From a virus (taxonomy: Duplodnaviria > Caudoviricetes), in IMG/VR virus record IMGVR_UViG_3300006805_000016, positions 1 through 38,610 of that record: a stretch of DNA of 38,610 nt, one strand, 5' to 3'. Position 1 is the first letter of the stretch, and each line of letters begins with the position of its first letter. Positions 6,226 through 14,440 of this stretch are shown here, piece by piece. The notes beneath the pieces were generated by a model, which was not told the DNA's origin, did not search any database, and saw only the letters and a list, made by a program, of their open reading frames with translations. Both the position numbers and the translations under genes were made by a program.

Positions 6226-6232
6226 GTCTTAT

Positions 6233-6487
6233 ATGGGAATGGATTTAATGGATAAGATTCGTCGCAAGCTAACGATAACGGACTATGCTTTATCTAATAA
6301 TTTAGGCGACTTAGGGGTCAAAATTACGATACCTGGCGTTTCTGGGTATAATAAAAAGTCAGCTCGTAGTATGCGCTTAGATGTTCTGTGTGGTTTTAGA
6401 AAGCTGTTAGAAATCGAGAAAGGTATGTCCTGGGACGATTTCGGCAAGTGGCTCGACGAGGAATTTTTACCAAAAAACAAGAAATAG
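6233..6487 (+). CDS. Putative XRE/Cro-CI-like HTH repressor
   Basis: Divergent from the whole lytic operon; short helical protein with HTH-like pattern (TDYALSNNL...ITIPGVSGY...MRLDVL). Confidence 0.6.
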   Translation: MGMDLMDKIRRKLTITDYALSNNLGDLGVKITIPGVSGYNKKSARSMRLDVLCGFRKLLEIEKGMSWDDFGKWLDEEFLPKNKK

Positions 6488-6542
6488 TTTGAATAACTAC
6501 TCACGGACGAGTTAGAAGTTTAGTGCTTATCTTTGGGGTGTT

Positions 6543-6908
6543 ATGAATTTTGCAAGCGATCAACTCGATACTAGTAAGCCATGTCCATATTGTAGCGAGA
6601 TAATTTTATCCTCCGCTCAAAAGTGTAAGCATTGCGGCGAGTATCTCGATCCTAAATTACGAGCTGAAAGGAAAAAAGAGATTGAAAGTTTAAAGCCGCC
6701 GCTTTGGAGTCCTGGCGTAGCTGCCGTTATGAGTTTGATTATCCCGGGGTTAGGGCAAATGTATAAAGGACAAATTATTAACGGTCTTTTTTGGCTTGTT
6801 GTTGTTCTAGTTGGGTATATGATTTTGATCGTGCCGGGGTTAATTCTACACCTATTTTGTATACTCGGAGCCGCTTCGGGTGATTCTAAAAAGCGTGAAG
6901 GGTTCTGA
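6543..6908 (+). CDS. Zinc-ribbon plus TM2-like membrane protein
   Basis: CPYC...KCKHCGE zinc ribbon; SPGVAAVMSLIIPGLGQMYKGQ TM2-type motif followed by transmembrane helices. Confidence 0.85.
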   Translation: MNFASDQLDTSKPCPYCSEIILSSAQKCKHCGEYLDPKLRAERKKEIESLKPPLWSPGVAAVMSLIIPGLGQMYKGQIINGLFWLVVVLVGYMILIVPGLILHLFCILGAASGDSKKREGF

Positions 6909-6915
6909 TTCTTCC

Positions 6916-7791
6916 TCAATTAGCTCGTATAACATCGTAAACGACTCTATTGTGCTTTCTTGAGAAGAAAAACCGGAGCCACCACGCCCCGATCGGCTTC
7001 GGAGGTTTGCCGGTGGTAACATGCCACCCGCCTTTTCCTTCTCTATATTCTTCTTTGTATGTGGGTAGTTTGATATGAGTTTGTACATCATGGCTTATTT
7101 TTCCATTTTGCGATAAACGAACTCTAGGCGTTTCAGATACCCATGCGTCATGCGTGTGGCCTGAAATAACAATATCGGCGTCGGGTAAATATACCGAGCG
7201 CCTCTGATGTTGAATAATATCTTTTGTGACTTGCCCGCCCCCGGCGTAACCGTGGTCGTAATGAAGATTAATTGTTTGATTGCACCCTCCGAGTCGAGTT
7301 TGAAAGGAAAACTTCACCCACCCGGAAAAATGGCCGTTATATACTTCGACTTTTGATTTGTTATTTATTTGAGAAACGAGGCGCTCGACTAGATTAATCT
7401 CGTGATGTTTTTTTATAGAATCCTCGTGGTTTCCTTCCCCAAAAAGTAGAATGTTTTCTCTGTAAGGCCGAAACCAATCGGCGGCATCGTCTACAATCTT
7501 ATCGAGATAATTATCTACTTTATGTTCGTTTCTAACTGAATCTTTTGAAGCCCGTTTATCGTACTTGCCCTGCATTGCACAAAAGAGATCTCCGTTATCG
7601 ATAACGATAGCGCCGCGCTCTTTTGCTTCCTCGAGGTGTTTTTTCTGTAAATCTCTATCGCTCTTTGGGTTGTCCCAATGCCTATCGCTACTGAGCAGCG
7701 CCCATGCTTCCCACTGAGAGTTTGGGAGAACCGTCGTGCTAACGCGAAAAACATTCGAGCCTAGTCTTTCTCGATCCCATTTAGCTTTCAC
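6916..7791 (-). CDS. Calcineurin-like metallophosphoesterase
   Basis: Motifs SDRH, NGD, GNHE, HG and SGHTH in canonical order. Confidence 0.88.
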   Translation of the reverse strand: MKAKWDRERLGSNVFRVSTTVLPNSQWEAWALLSSDRHWDNPKSDRDLQKKHLEEAKERGAIVIDNGDLFCAMQGKYDKRASKDSVRNEHKVDNYLDKIVDDAADWFRPYRENILLFGEGNHEDSIKKHHEINLVERLVSQINNKSKVEVYNGHFSGWVKFSFQTRLGGCNQTINLHYDHGYAGGGQVTKDIIQHQRRSVYLPDADIVISGHTHDAWVSETPRVRLSQNGKISHDVQTHIKLPTYKEEYREGKGGWHVTTGKPPKPIGAWWLRFFFSRKHNRVVYDVIRAN

Positions 7792-7988
7792 CCGGATCTT
7801 CTCCTTTTGCTTGAGTTAAAATATCTACGTTTCGCGTGACGCGCTACATTCTGAACCGTAATCTCGTCGTATAAATAATATGTATACTTAACTAGGCTTG
7901 CTTTCGCCTTTGTTTTTTCCTCAATTAGCCCGGCTACGCCGCCGGGTATTCCGTATATAAAATGTAAGAAGTTTTGAAACGCCGACAT
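7788..7988 (-). CDS. Hypothetical basic protein
   Basis: ORF track; translationally coupled on both sides. Confidence 0.6.
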   Translation of the reverse strand: MSAFQNFLHFIYGIPGGVAGLIEEKTKAKASLVKYTYYLYDEITVQNVARHAKRRYFNSSKRRRSG

Positions 7989-8980
7989 TAATCTGTATCT
8001 ATCCCTGTTATTGCCTGGGCGCTGGCGCTCGTCGTAAGAGATCTAGTTGCGAGCGGCGTTGAGTCATCCGAGCGCGTAACAGTAAGCGTAGAACCTGAAA
8101 TTTGGGTATTGTGCACCCCTTGAGCTATAAGGCCGTATAGGCTTCTAATAGAAAGTGCGTCGCCGCTTGCGCTTCCTTCGATGTTAGTAGTTGAGCGTCT
8201 TAATATTACATCCGCTATTTTTGCGAGATCGTCCTCTGTTAATACTAGATTGCCGAGAATATACCCGGCCTGCCCGGCAACGTAAGAACCTGGAATATTA
8301 GTTGTCCATGGATCACCCGCGCTACCGGCTGCGCTTAAGGCCGCGCCCATTGTGCCGGGTTCTAAATAGTTAGAGGCGAGTGCTTGCCATACTGCATTCG
8401 CAAGTGCTGCCGCCGAGAATTCAGTTTCACTAGTTGAAAGCCCTGCAAGGTAACCAATAGCACTAATCAAGGCCGCTGGTGTTACTGTAATGTTTGCTTG
8501 CCCTTGAAGCCCTGCAAGTGCTCCGATTAGCGCTGTGCTTGAAAATGATATCGTAGAGCTTCCGCTTCCTGAAGCGATTGAAAGAATTGAGCCCGTAGCA
8601 TCAAATGTAATAGTCGCTGTACCTGAACCCGATACTATTAACCCCCCTGTTCCTGTAGGGGTAAATGTAATTGTGCTTGAGCCTTGCGCTGGAAGTCCTA
8701 ATACGGCGTTACCTGTTTCTGAGAACGTAACACTAGTATTATTTCTTGAAGCAAGGCCGCCCGCCTTTTGTGGCATTTGCCATGCTACGGGGTTTCTTGC
8801 TCCTGCTGGCTTAGATGAAAGAGATGATACCCCTGCGTTAGTAGCAAAGATATTCCTCTGACCGCCCGCGTCTTTGGTAGATGGCGAAGCCGTATAAGGC
8901 GATGATCCGTTTGATAGCGTAGCGCCGAAAAACCTTGCACCGGGAAAAGTATCTCTGTAATTATTCTGAATTAAGCTCAT
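7988..8980 (-). CDS. Putative virion structural / fibre protein
   Basis: Ser/Thr/Gly/Ala-rich with repeated GxxxITF beta units. Confidence 0.6.
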   Translation of the reverse strand: MSLIQNNYRDTFPGARFFGATLSNGSSPYTASPSTKDAGGQRNIFATNAGVSSLSSKPAGARNPVAWQMPQKAGGLASRNNTSVTFSETGNAVLGLPAQGSSTITFTPTGTGGLIVSGSGTATITFDATGSILSIASGSGSSTISFSSTALIGALAGLQGQANITVTPAALISAIGYLAGLSTSETEFSAAALANAVWQALASNYLEPGTMGAALSAAGSAGDPWTTNIPGSYVAGQAGYILGNLVLTEDDLAKIADVILRRSTTNIEGSASGDALSIRSLYGLIAQGVHNTQISGSTLTVTRSDDSTPLATRSLTTSASAQAITGIDTD

Positions 8981-9879
8981 GATCCGCCGTAAGCATAATC
9001 AAAATCTACAAATATCGTTCCAGCCGATGTTGTTGCTCCTGTTTGAAACATTATAAATTTAACGTTTGCCCCATCTTTGATTTGTCTAAGTGATGGAATA
9101 GCGTTTACAAAATCCATCTTTGTATAAAGCCCTGTAGCCGGTACTGGAATAGTCCAAAGTGGTTTAACAAGATGTAAGATAACCGTTCCTGATGCATGTG
9201 CTGTACCTGACCAAACAACTGAAACGATATCAGATACTCCTGTGTCTCCTGCCGCTAATGCTAGAAATGGATTGAATTTATTAGCCGCCGCGCCTGTGTT
9301 GATTATGCTTCCTCTAGTCGCTGAAGCTGTTGAAGTAAAGGACGTTGTAGCCCCTGCGTTTCCTGCCGTGTCTAAATAGTTTACTACGCAAGTCGGGGCA
9401 TTAGCTCCAAGTGCTGCGCCGAATGCCGACATATACATTCTCAACCCTTCGCCGTTTGCGTATCTGTCAACTGTGGCTGAGGTGTTAGAGATCGCCGTCA
9501 TAGTAACGGTTTTTGTGCCCGTCGTTGATACGTTTGTACCTGAAAGTTTCACGTATCCAATCTGATCAACTGCCATCAAGAACCAAGGTGCTCCCGCTGC
9601 TGCTACTACGCAAGCTCCTGCCGATAAAAAATGCTTAGTAGCTGGATCTACATCGCCGCCTGTCCATGAAACGCCTTCCGACCAAGTATCGTCTGTAGAT
9701 GTAAAGGTTAAGTCGGAGGCTCCGTAAGTCGGCGCAACCGGAATACCTACCCCATCCGATAAATCCGTCCAAGCCCCCGCCGTTCCTGTTGCTGGTAATG
9801 TTTTTTGAAAAATAACGGTGTCTGTTTGCCCGTCGTCTGTGATCTTAGTTATTAAGTCGTCTTGTGAAGTGAATCCCAT
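8977..9879 (-). CDS. Putative virion structural protein (paralog of 9883..10770)
   Basis: Beta-rich, Thr/Ala/Gly-rich; FNPFLALAAGDTGV motif shared with its neighbour. Confidence 0.6.
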   Translation of the reverse strand: MGFTSQDDLITKITDDGQTDTVIFQKTLPATGTAGAWTDLSDGVGIPVAPTYGASDLTFTSTDDTWSEGVSWTGGDVDPATKHFLSAGACVVAAAGAPWFLMAVDQIGYVKLSGTNVSTTGTKTVTMTAISNTSATVDRYANGEGLRMYMSAFGAALGANAPTCVVNYLDTAGNAGATTSFTSTASATRGSIINTGAAANKFNPFLALAAGDTGVSDIVSVVWSGTAHASGTVILHLVKPLWTIPVPATGLYTKMDFVNAIPSLRQIKDGANVKFIMFQTGATTSAGTIFVDFDYAYGGS

Positions 9880-9882
9880 TTT

Positions 9883-10770
9883 TTAACTCCAAACTGTTTC
9901 TAAATACCCTACTAATGTAGAGCTTGCTAAACTTCCGCCGTTACCTTTCGATAAAAGCCCCAAAATTGCCCCCTGCTTTATCTCTGTTGCTATTGGATTA
10001 TTAATAAGTGAATCAACTGCGCTTGCTGCCCCATAGCTTTCTAAGTTCCCCGATGTTGTCCTTCTACATTCCGCATGAAGCGCAAACGTCTTTAGAGGTT
10101 GCACTAAAACTAAGGCCATCAAGCCCCCGCCTGTAACTGTAAAGGTCACGCCCTCAATTGACTGAACCCCCGAATCGCCCGCTTGTAGTGGTAGAAACGG
10201 ATTAAAACCCCCGCCCGATACTTCCGATAACAAGCTCTGGCCTCCCCCTGCTACGATCTGGGTATATATATTAGGGCTTGTTCTTCCCGATACCCCATCT
10301 TGATTCGTGTAAGTGAAGGTAAACTGTCCAATAGCAGAACTCGCCGCTTGAGCAATTGCGATCACTTTAGCCGATGTATATCGGGGCAACGTCTCAACCT
10401 CTACCATCTCTTGTAAATCCGTCGAATCGGTATCTATAAACGGATAATACATAAGATAATCACACAGCATTAACTGTTGGCGCTGGTTCGTTGTGCTAGT
10501 CGCTGATGAGGCCGCTGTCATAACAGTAATGTTTTTCAAATACTGCTTTTCAACTGTAGGTATATAAATACCTCTAGTCGAATCTACGAAAGCACTTTCG
10601 AGCGGAGTTGATGCGTAAAAATTAGCTAGTGGGCTTCCAGCAAAATACGTGTAATCAATATAGCTCGACGTGACGGTTGCCGTTGATGTCACAGCTTTAC
10701 GAAACTGAGTAACCCAAGTCTTACCCGCCTCGTCGGCGTTTGCGTATTCGGAAACGTTAGCGAATCCCAT
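9883..10770 (-). CDS. Putative virion structural protein (paralog of 8977..9879)
   Basis: YTNQDGVSGRT and FNPFLPLQAGDSGV motifs. Confidence 0.6.
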   Translation of the reverse strand: MGFANVSEYANADEAGKTWVTQFRKAVTSTATVTSSYIDYTYFAGSPLANFYASTPLESAFVDSTRGIYIPTVEKQYLKNITVMTAASSATSTTNQRQQLMLCDYLMYYPFIDTDSTDLQEMVEVETLPRYTSAKVIAIAQAASSAIGQFTFTYTNQDGVSGRTSPNIYTQIVAGGGQSLLSEVSGGGFNPFLPLQAGDSGVQSIEGVTFTVTGGGLMALVLVQPLKTFALHAECRRTTSGNLESYGAASAVDSLINNPIATEIKQGAILGLLSKGNGGSLASSTLVGYLETVWS

Positions 10771-10771
10771 A

Positions 10772-11179
10772 TTAATCTATTACTATATCTAACTCGCCGG
10801 TGTTAAATTGCGGCTGAATTCCGTTTGAGATTGCAAGAGAGCTTGTAAGTGCTCCACTCACAATAATTTGCCCCGCGCCATTTTGAGTCGTGCAAACGCT
10901 AAAATAAGTCGCTGTTGCTGAACCTCCTGAGCATAAGGGAAACTGCACTAACGCAGCGTTACTTGCTGTATTTCCCGAAACACTAAAGCCTGTAGTTCTT
11001 GAAACGGCTACGCCATCATATCCCGTGTAGGATATTTCGTTCGTTACCGCCGTTCCCGCCTCTCCTGGATCTGAGCTGTGTAAACGAATATAAAAATCCG
11101 AATTAGCCCACCAACTAGGATCGGTGCTATCGAATATCGCTAAACATAAATCGTTTTCTGTTGTATTACTTGCCGACAT
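10772..11179 (-). CDS. Putative minor tail / fibre-base structural protein
   Basis: YIRLHSSDPGEAG...NEISYTGY...N...VQFP...F..GEL pattern seen in small phage tail-associated beta proteins. Confidence 0.65.
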   Translation of the reverse strand: MSASNTTENDLCLAIFDSTDPSWWANSDFYIRLHSSDPGEAGTAVTNEISYTGYDGVAVSRTTGFSVSGNTASNAALVQFPLCSGGSATATYFSVCTTQNGAGQIIVSGALTSSLAISNGIQPQFNTGELDIVID

Positions 11180-11188
11180 TTAAAACCC

Positions 11189-11323
11189 CTATTGTTCTGC
11201 ACAAATTTTGAAAAACGAGCATAAGCCCTGAGCTATTTGACTTTCTCCGAGGTTAATTCCTGCGAAGATAGTAAGAGCCGAGGCTATAACTACGACTGCA
11301 AATTTAATTAATTTTGCTTTCAT
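11189..11323 (-). CDS. Small membrane protein, 44 aa, lysis-associated (not in ORF track)
   Basis: MKAKLIKFAVVVIASALTIFAGINLGESQIAQGLCSFFKICAEQ; AAGGA SD; fills the intergenic gap. Confidence 0.7.
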   Translation of the reverse strand: MKAKLIKFAVVVIASALTIFAGINLGESQIAQGLCSFFKICAEQ

Positions 11324-11334
11324 TTTGTTAATCC

Positions 11335-11586
11335 TTAAAAGAAAACGGCAAGCGCCGTTATTAAATCTATAAGCTTAGAAAGTATTCCGCCTTGCTGTTT
11401 TGTGTGCGGAATTATCTTTACGGTTTTACTCTCTAATTCGTCCGAAGCGACTAAACACCTTTTTTGTTTATAGGTGACTTCGTACTCTCCTGAGTTTGTG
11501 ACGGCGTAAATATTTTCGGGTGTTTCGAATTTTGCTTGTGGCATCGAACACCCCGATAGCAATAAGAGGAAAAAAATTACTCTCAT
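11335..11586 (-). CDS. Lipoprotein with hydrophobic C-terminus, candidate unimolecular spanin
   Basis: Lipobox LSG-C after a short signal; C-terminal ILSKLIDLITALAVFF; inside the lysis cassette. Confidence 0.55.
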   Translation of the reverse strand: MRVIFFLLLLSGCSMPQAKFETPENIYAVTNSGEYEVTYKQKRCLVASDELESKTVKIIPHTKQQGGILSKLIDLITALAVFF

Positions 11587-12668
11587 TTGAATAGCCCGCT
11601 TCTTAAATAGCCGTCGGTAAGAGGTAAATTTTCAACCTTTACAAGCGCCGAGCCTGTTCGTCTTTTTGCTATATCTGCAATTTGATATGCGTATTTACTC
11701 GAGTAATATCTAGCGCCTTTCGGGGCTGTTTTATGATCTGGCCTAACTCTTCGTAGTATATCAACGCGACGCCCTCTCGAGTCTCTAACGTATATATGAC
11801 GCTTATCGCTTCGAATTATAACTACAAGCTTATTGTCTTTTCCGCCCGTTCCGTGGTCATCTGCCATCGGTTTATATAGAGCTGTTTTAGGCCATGAAAT
11901 AGAGCCTTCTCTTTGCTTCATCATGCGCGTATGCGCTGTGATGTATCGTGTATCTGGAAAATGTCGCCTATCTGATACCGGAGCTTTATCTAGGTGTCCG
12001 AACTTTCCATTAAAACGGAAGTTCCATAGCCTAATTTGCTTACTATCTGAGTATCTTTTTAATATCGAGCATATGTTCGCGTCGGGAAAATCTCCGGTTC
12101 CCTTTCCTCCGAACCCATCAAACGAAACCATGTAATCGCCCGGGGGAGGCGCTCTAGGTTTTGAGTTCTCTAAATGGATTTCTGTTATTATTCCAGGAAC
12201 AACCGCGCCGCGTAAAATTGAATTTACTGGCTCGACGTTTGGAAATCTTACTCTAAGATCTAAAAGAAACGGCTCTATCTTTTCCCTTGGGTGATCGTGC
12301 TCGCAAAAAGGGGAGCCGTAAATCTTTGTTAAAGGATATTTTTCCGCGATCTCTTGTAAGAACTCAAAATCTATTAAAACCCGATCTCTTCTCTCTTCAA
12401 TATTATACCTATGACTCGGATCAAAAGGCTCTGTGTGTACTAATATTGAGCTGAATTTCCCCGAGGCGGCCATGCGCTCGAGGGTTCCTCTTGCGTTTCC
12501 GAATGTTCTTAAGAATATCCCGCCCGCCCATTGTTCGGGGTGCGCTTGAATCATCGCCGTCTCGTAGCGCTTACCGGCTAGATAATCGACTCCTAGAACC
12601 GGCTCGGCGTGTACGACGGCGCAAGTAATCATTAGCGCAATAAGTGCGCTTAATAATCTTGATTTCAT
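11583..12668 (-). CDS. Secreted protein of unknown function (possible hydrolase)
   Basis: Sec-type signal peptide MKSRLLSALIALMITCAVVHA-E; alternating beta/alpha pattern; basic C-terminal domain. Confidence 0.7.
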   Translation of the reverse strand: MKSRLLSALIALMITCAVVHAEPVLGVDYLAGKRYETAMIQAHPEQWAGGIFLRTFGNARGTLERMAASGKFSSILVHTEPFDPSHRYNIEERRDRVLIDFEFLQEIAEKYPLTKIYGSPFCEHDHPREKIEPFLLDLRVRFPNVEPVNSILRGAVVPGIITEIHLENSKPRAPPPGDYMVSFDGFGGKGTGDFPDANICSILKRYSDSKQIRLWNFRFNGKFGHLDKAPVSDRRHFPDTRYITAHTRMMKQREGSISWPKTALYKPMADDHGTGGKDNKLVVIIRSDKRHIYVRDSRGRRVDILRRVRPDHKTAPKGARYYSSKYAYQIADIAKRRTGSALVKVENLPLTDGYLRSGLFK

Positions 12669-12672
12669 TATG

Positions 12673-13236
12673 TTATATTGTCCTTAAGAGAGCCGCTTCT
12701 CGTTTGCGGCGACCATCAAGTTTTTTTTGTTTTCCGGGAAAGTCTGAAAGGTAATCCGCTAATTTTACCCACTCTTGGCGTGTTGCCATTTTCCATGTTG
12801 TAGGGAGTTTTCCGGGTAAATCGGCTCCAAAGTTCCAAACAAGCGATAATAAAACCGTTTGTGCCTGTGTCGGGATATCCTGAAATTTTACCTTTGAGTC
12901 TCGATTATAATATTTAATTAATAGCCCAAGCTCTCGCGCTATTACTGCTTTCTCGAGTTCTTCGACGTCTGCCCATTCCATGAATAGAGGCCGGGTTCTT
13001 AGCATTGCTACCGCGGCTTCTCTTTTCTTCTCAGCGTATGGGATAAGCATCGCCCGCACCCTATCCGATATGTCGAGCTTTTGGAGTTGCAAAATTGACA
13101 TTTGCCCTATATCGATTCCTTTCCCGATAGTAACCCCGCTTTGACCTATAACGCCGTCTTTGTCTTTTGGAACATAGCCGCGCCGAGTCCTCCCCTCTAC
13201 TTCGAGGAGAAATTTCCAATTAATGTCTAGTGGCAT
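12673..13236 (-). CDS. Endolysin, pesticin C-terminal-like muramidase (T4 lysozyme fold)
   Basis: FLLEVEG...GYVP...SGVTIGKGIDIGQ signature; QTVLLSLVWNFG; RRKREAALL. Confidence 0.88.
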   Translation of the reverse strand: MPLDINWKFLLEVEGRTRRGYVPKDKDGVIGQSGVTIGKGIDIGQMSILQLQKLDISDRVRAMLIPYAEKKREAAVAMLRTRPLFMEWADVEELEKAVIARELGLLIKYYNRDSKVKFQDIPTQAQTVLLSLVWNFGADLPGKLPTTWKMATRQEWVKLADYLSDFPGKQKKLDGRRKREAALLRTI

Positions 13237-13487
13237 TATTTACGAAACCTTTCTAGTAACCTGTCTAGTTTGGTATCAATTTTTTCAAGGGTGCTTTTCA
13301 TGTGTTCTTGAGTGTTATCGAGAACGGCGATCTGTCGCCCTTTTTGTTCGTTTTGCTCTTTAAGAGAAGATATCTCTTTATTAATAGAGCCCATATACCA
13401 AGTAGCCACGCCTGTGCACGCCATGAGCGCCCATTTCAAAAGGATCTCTGTCCAGTTACTAAGCTTTAAGAAGTTTTCAGGGCTCAT
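13236..13487 (-). CDS. Putative holin / lysis membrane protein
   Basis: One hydrophobic helix plus coiled-coil tail (LEKIDTKLDRLL); directly upstream of the endolysin. Confidence 0.55.
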   Translation of the reverse strand: MSPENFLKLSNWTEILLKWALMACTGVATWYMGSINKEISSLKEQNEQKGRQIAVLDNTQEHMKSTLEKIDTKLDRLLERFRK

Positions 13488-13975
13488 CTCTCTTCTAACC
13501 TCTCAATTCTTGCGAGTAGATCTAGGTAATCAGCTTTTGTTATTTGAGCCGGTAGAGTTAGTGATTCGTCGTCTGGGGTATGTGAATCAATTTTCGCCTG
13601 AACTCTCGAAAAATCTTCTTCTTTAACTCCGACAATATCGAAAGAAAAGCCGAGGTTTTCTATCGTTTCACGGCCTAAATCATCTTTTATAGTTCGGGTT
13701 CTTCTTACTTCTTTGAGCTCAAAGTCGATCTCATAACCAAGCTCATTTATTATCTCTAAGTAGAGTTTTTTCGGTGTAATAGTTTTAGAACTATCTAATG
13801 TGATATTTCGCCTTGTCGCTTCATAAGCTGCGACTCTTTCGGCTTCGATTCTTTCCGCCTCTCTTTGTGCTCGCTCCGCTTCGAGAGCTAATTCAATCCG
13901 CCTTTGAATCTCTTCCTCGAGCGCGATCTCTTCGGGCGTTTTTTCTGGTTCTAAATTTCTTATTTCTTCTTCCAT
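13484..13975 (-). CDS. Hypothetical protein (possible tail-fibre assembly factor)
   Basis: Acidic, coiled-coil N-terminus; follows a fibre-like gene; ends LLARIERLEER. Confidence 0.55.
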   Translation of the reverse strand: MEEEIRNLEPEKTPEEIALEEEIQRRIELALEAERAQREAERIEAERVAAYEATRRNITLDSSKTITPKKLYLEIINELGYEIDFELKEVRRTRTIKDDLGRETIENLGFSFDIVGVKEEDFSRVQAKIDSHTPDDESLTLPAQITKADYLDLLARIERLEER

Positions 13976-14418
13976 TATGCCGCCTCGTAAAAACCTACCG
14001 CAATAAATAGCCTTGAAGCTCCGAGCCCGAAATTTGAAGTATCGTATTTATATATTAATAGATTAGTGGCGTTCGTGAATACTTGCCCGGTTATATTGCC
14101 CGAACCGTCTTGTACGATACATGAACCGACTCGGCTATCTGAAAGCCCGGCAACCGGCAAGGTCGCTGTTATTTGATTTGAAGCGGTGCCGCCCGTCGTT
14201 CCGCTTGCGTATATCTGATAAAAAACTAATTTTCCGACTTGAATATATTTCGCGAATGTCGTCGTTACTGAGGTGTAAGTCATGGAACCCGAAGCCCCGT
14301 AGGTCGGAACCCATGAAGTCCAGGTAAGGCCGTAACCTGATGAAAATATCCCCTCTATAAGTGTTGCGATCTGCGCCGTGGTAACACCCGACGAGCGGAT
14401 CGAATCCGCGTATGCCAT
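13975..14418 (-). CDS. Short tail-fibre / receptor-binding-like protein
   Basis: WTSWVPT...KYIQVGKLVF...TLPV...GFYEAA, a beta-sandwich pattern typical of fibre tip domains. Confidence 0.65.
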   Translation of the reverse strand: MAYADSIRSSGVTTAQIATLIEGIFSSGYGLTWTSWVPTYGASGSMTYTSVTTTFAKYIQVGKLVFYQIYASGTTGGTASNQITATLPVAGLSDSRVGSCIVQDGSGNITGQVFTNATNLLIYKYDTSNFGLGASRLFIAVGFYEAA

Positions 14419-14440
14419 AATTATGCTCCTTAAAAATCTT

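Noticed and set aside
12651-12678. dif-like site (TTATGTTATAT resembles the XerD arm)
   Set aside because: No matching XerC arm at a 6-bp spacing; it overlaps start and stop codons of lysis genes.
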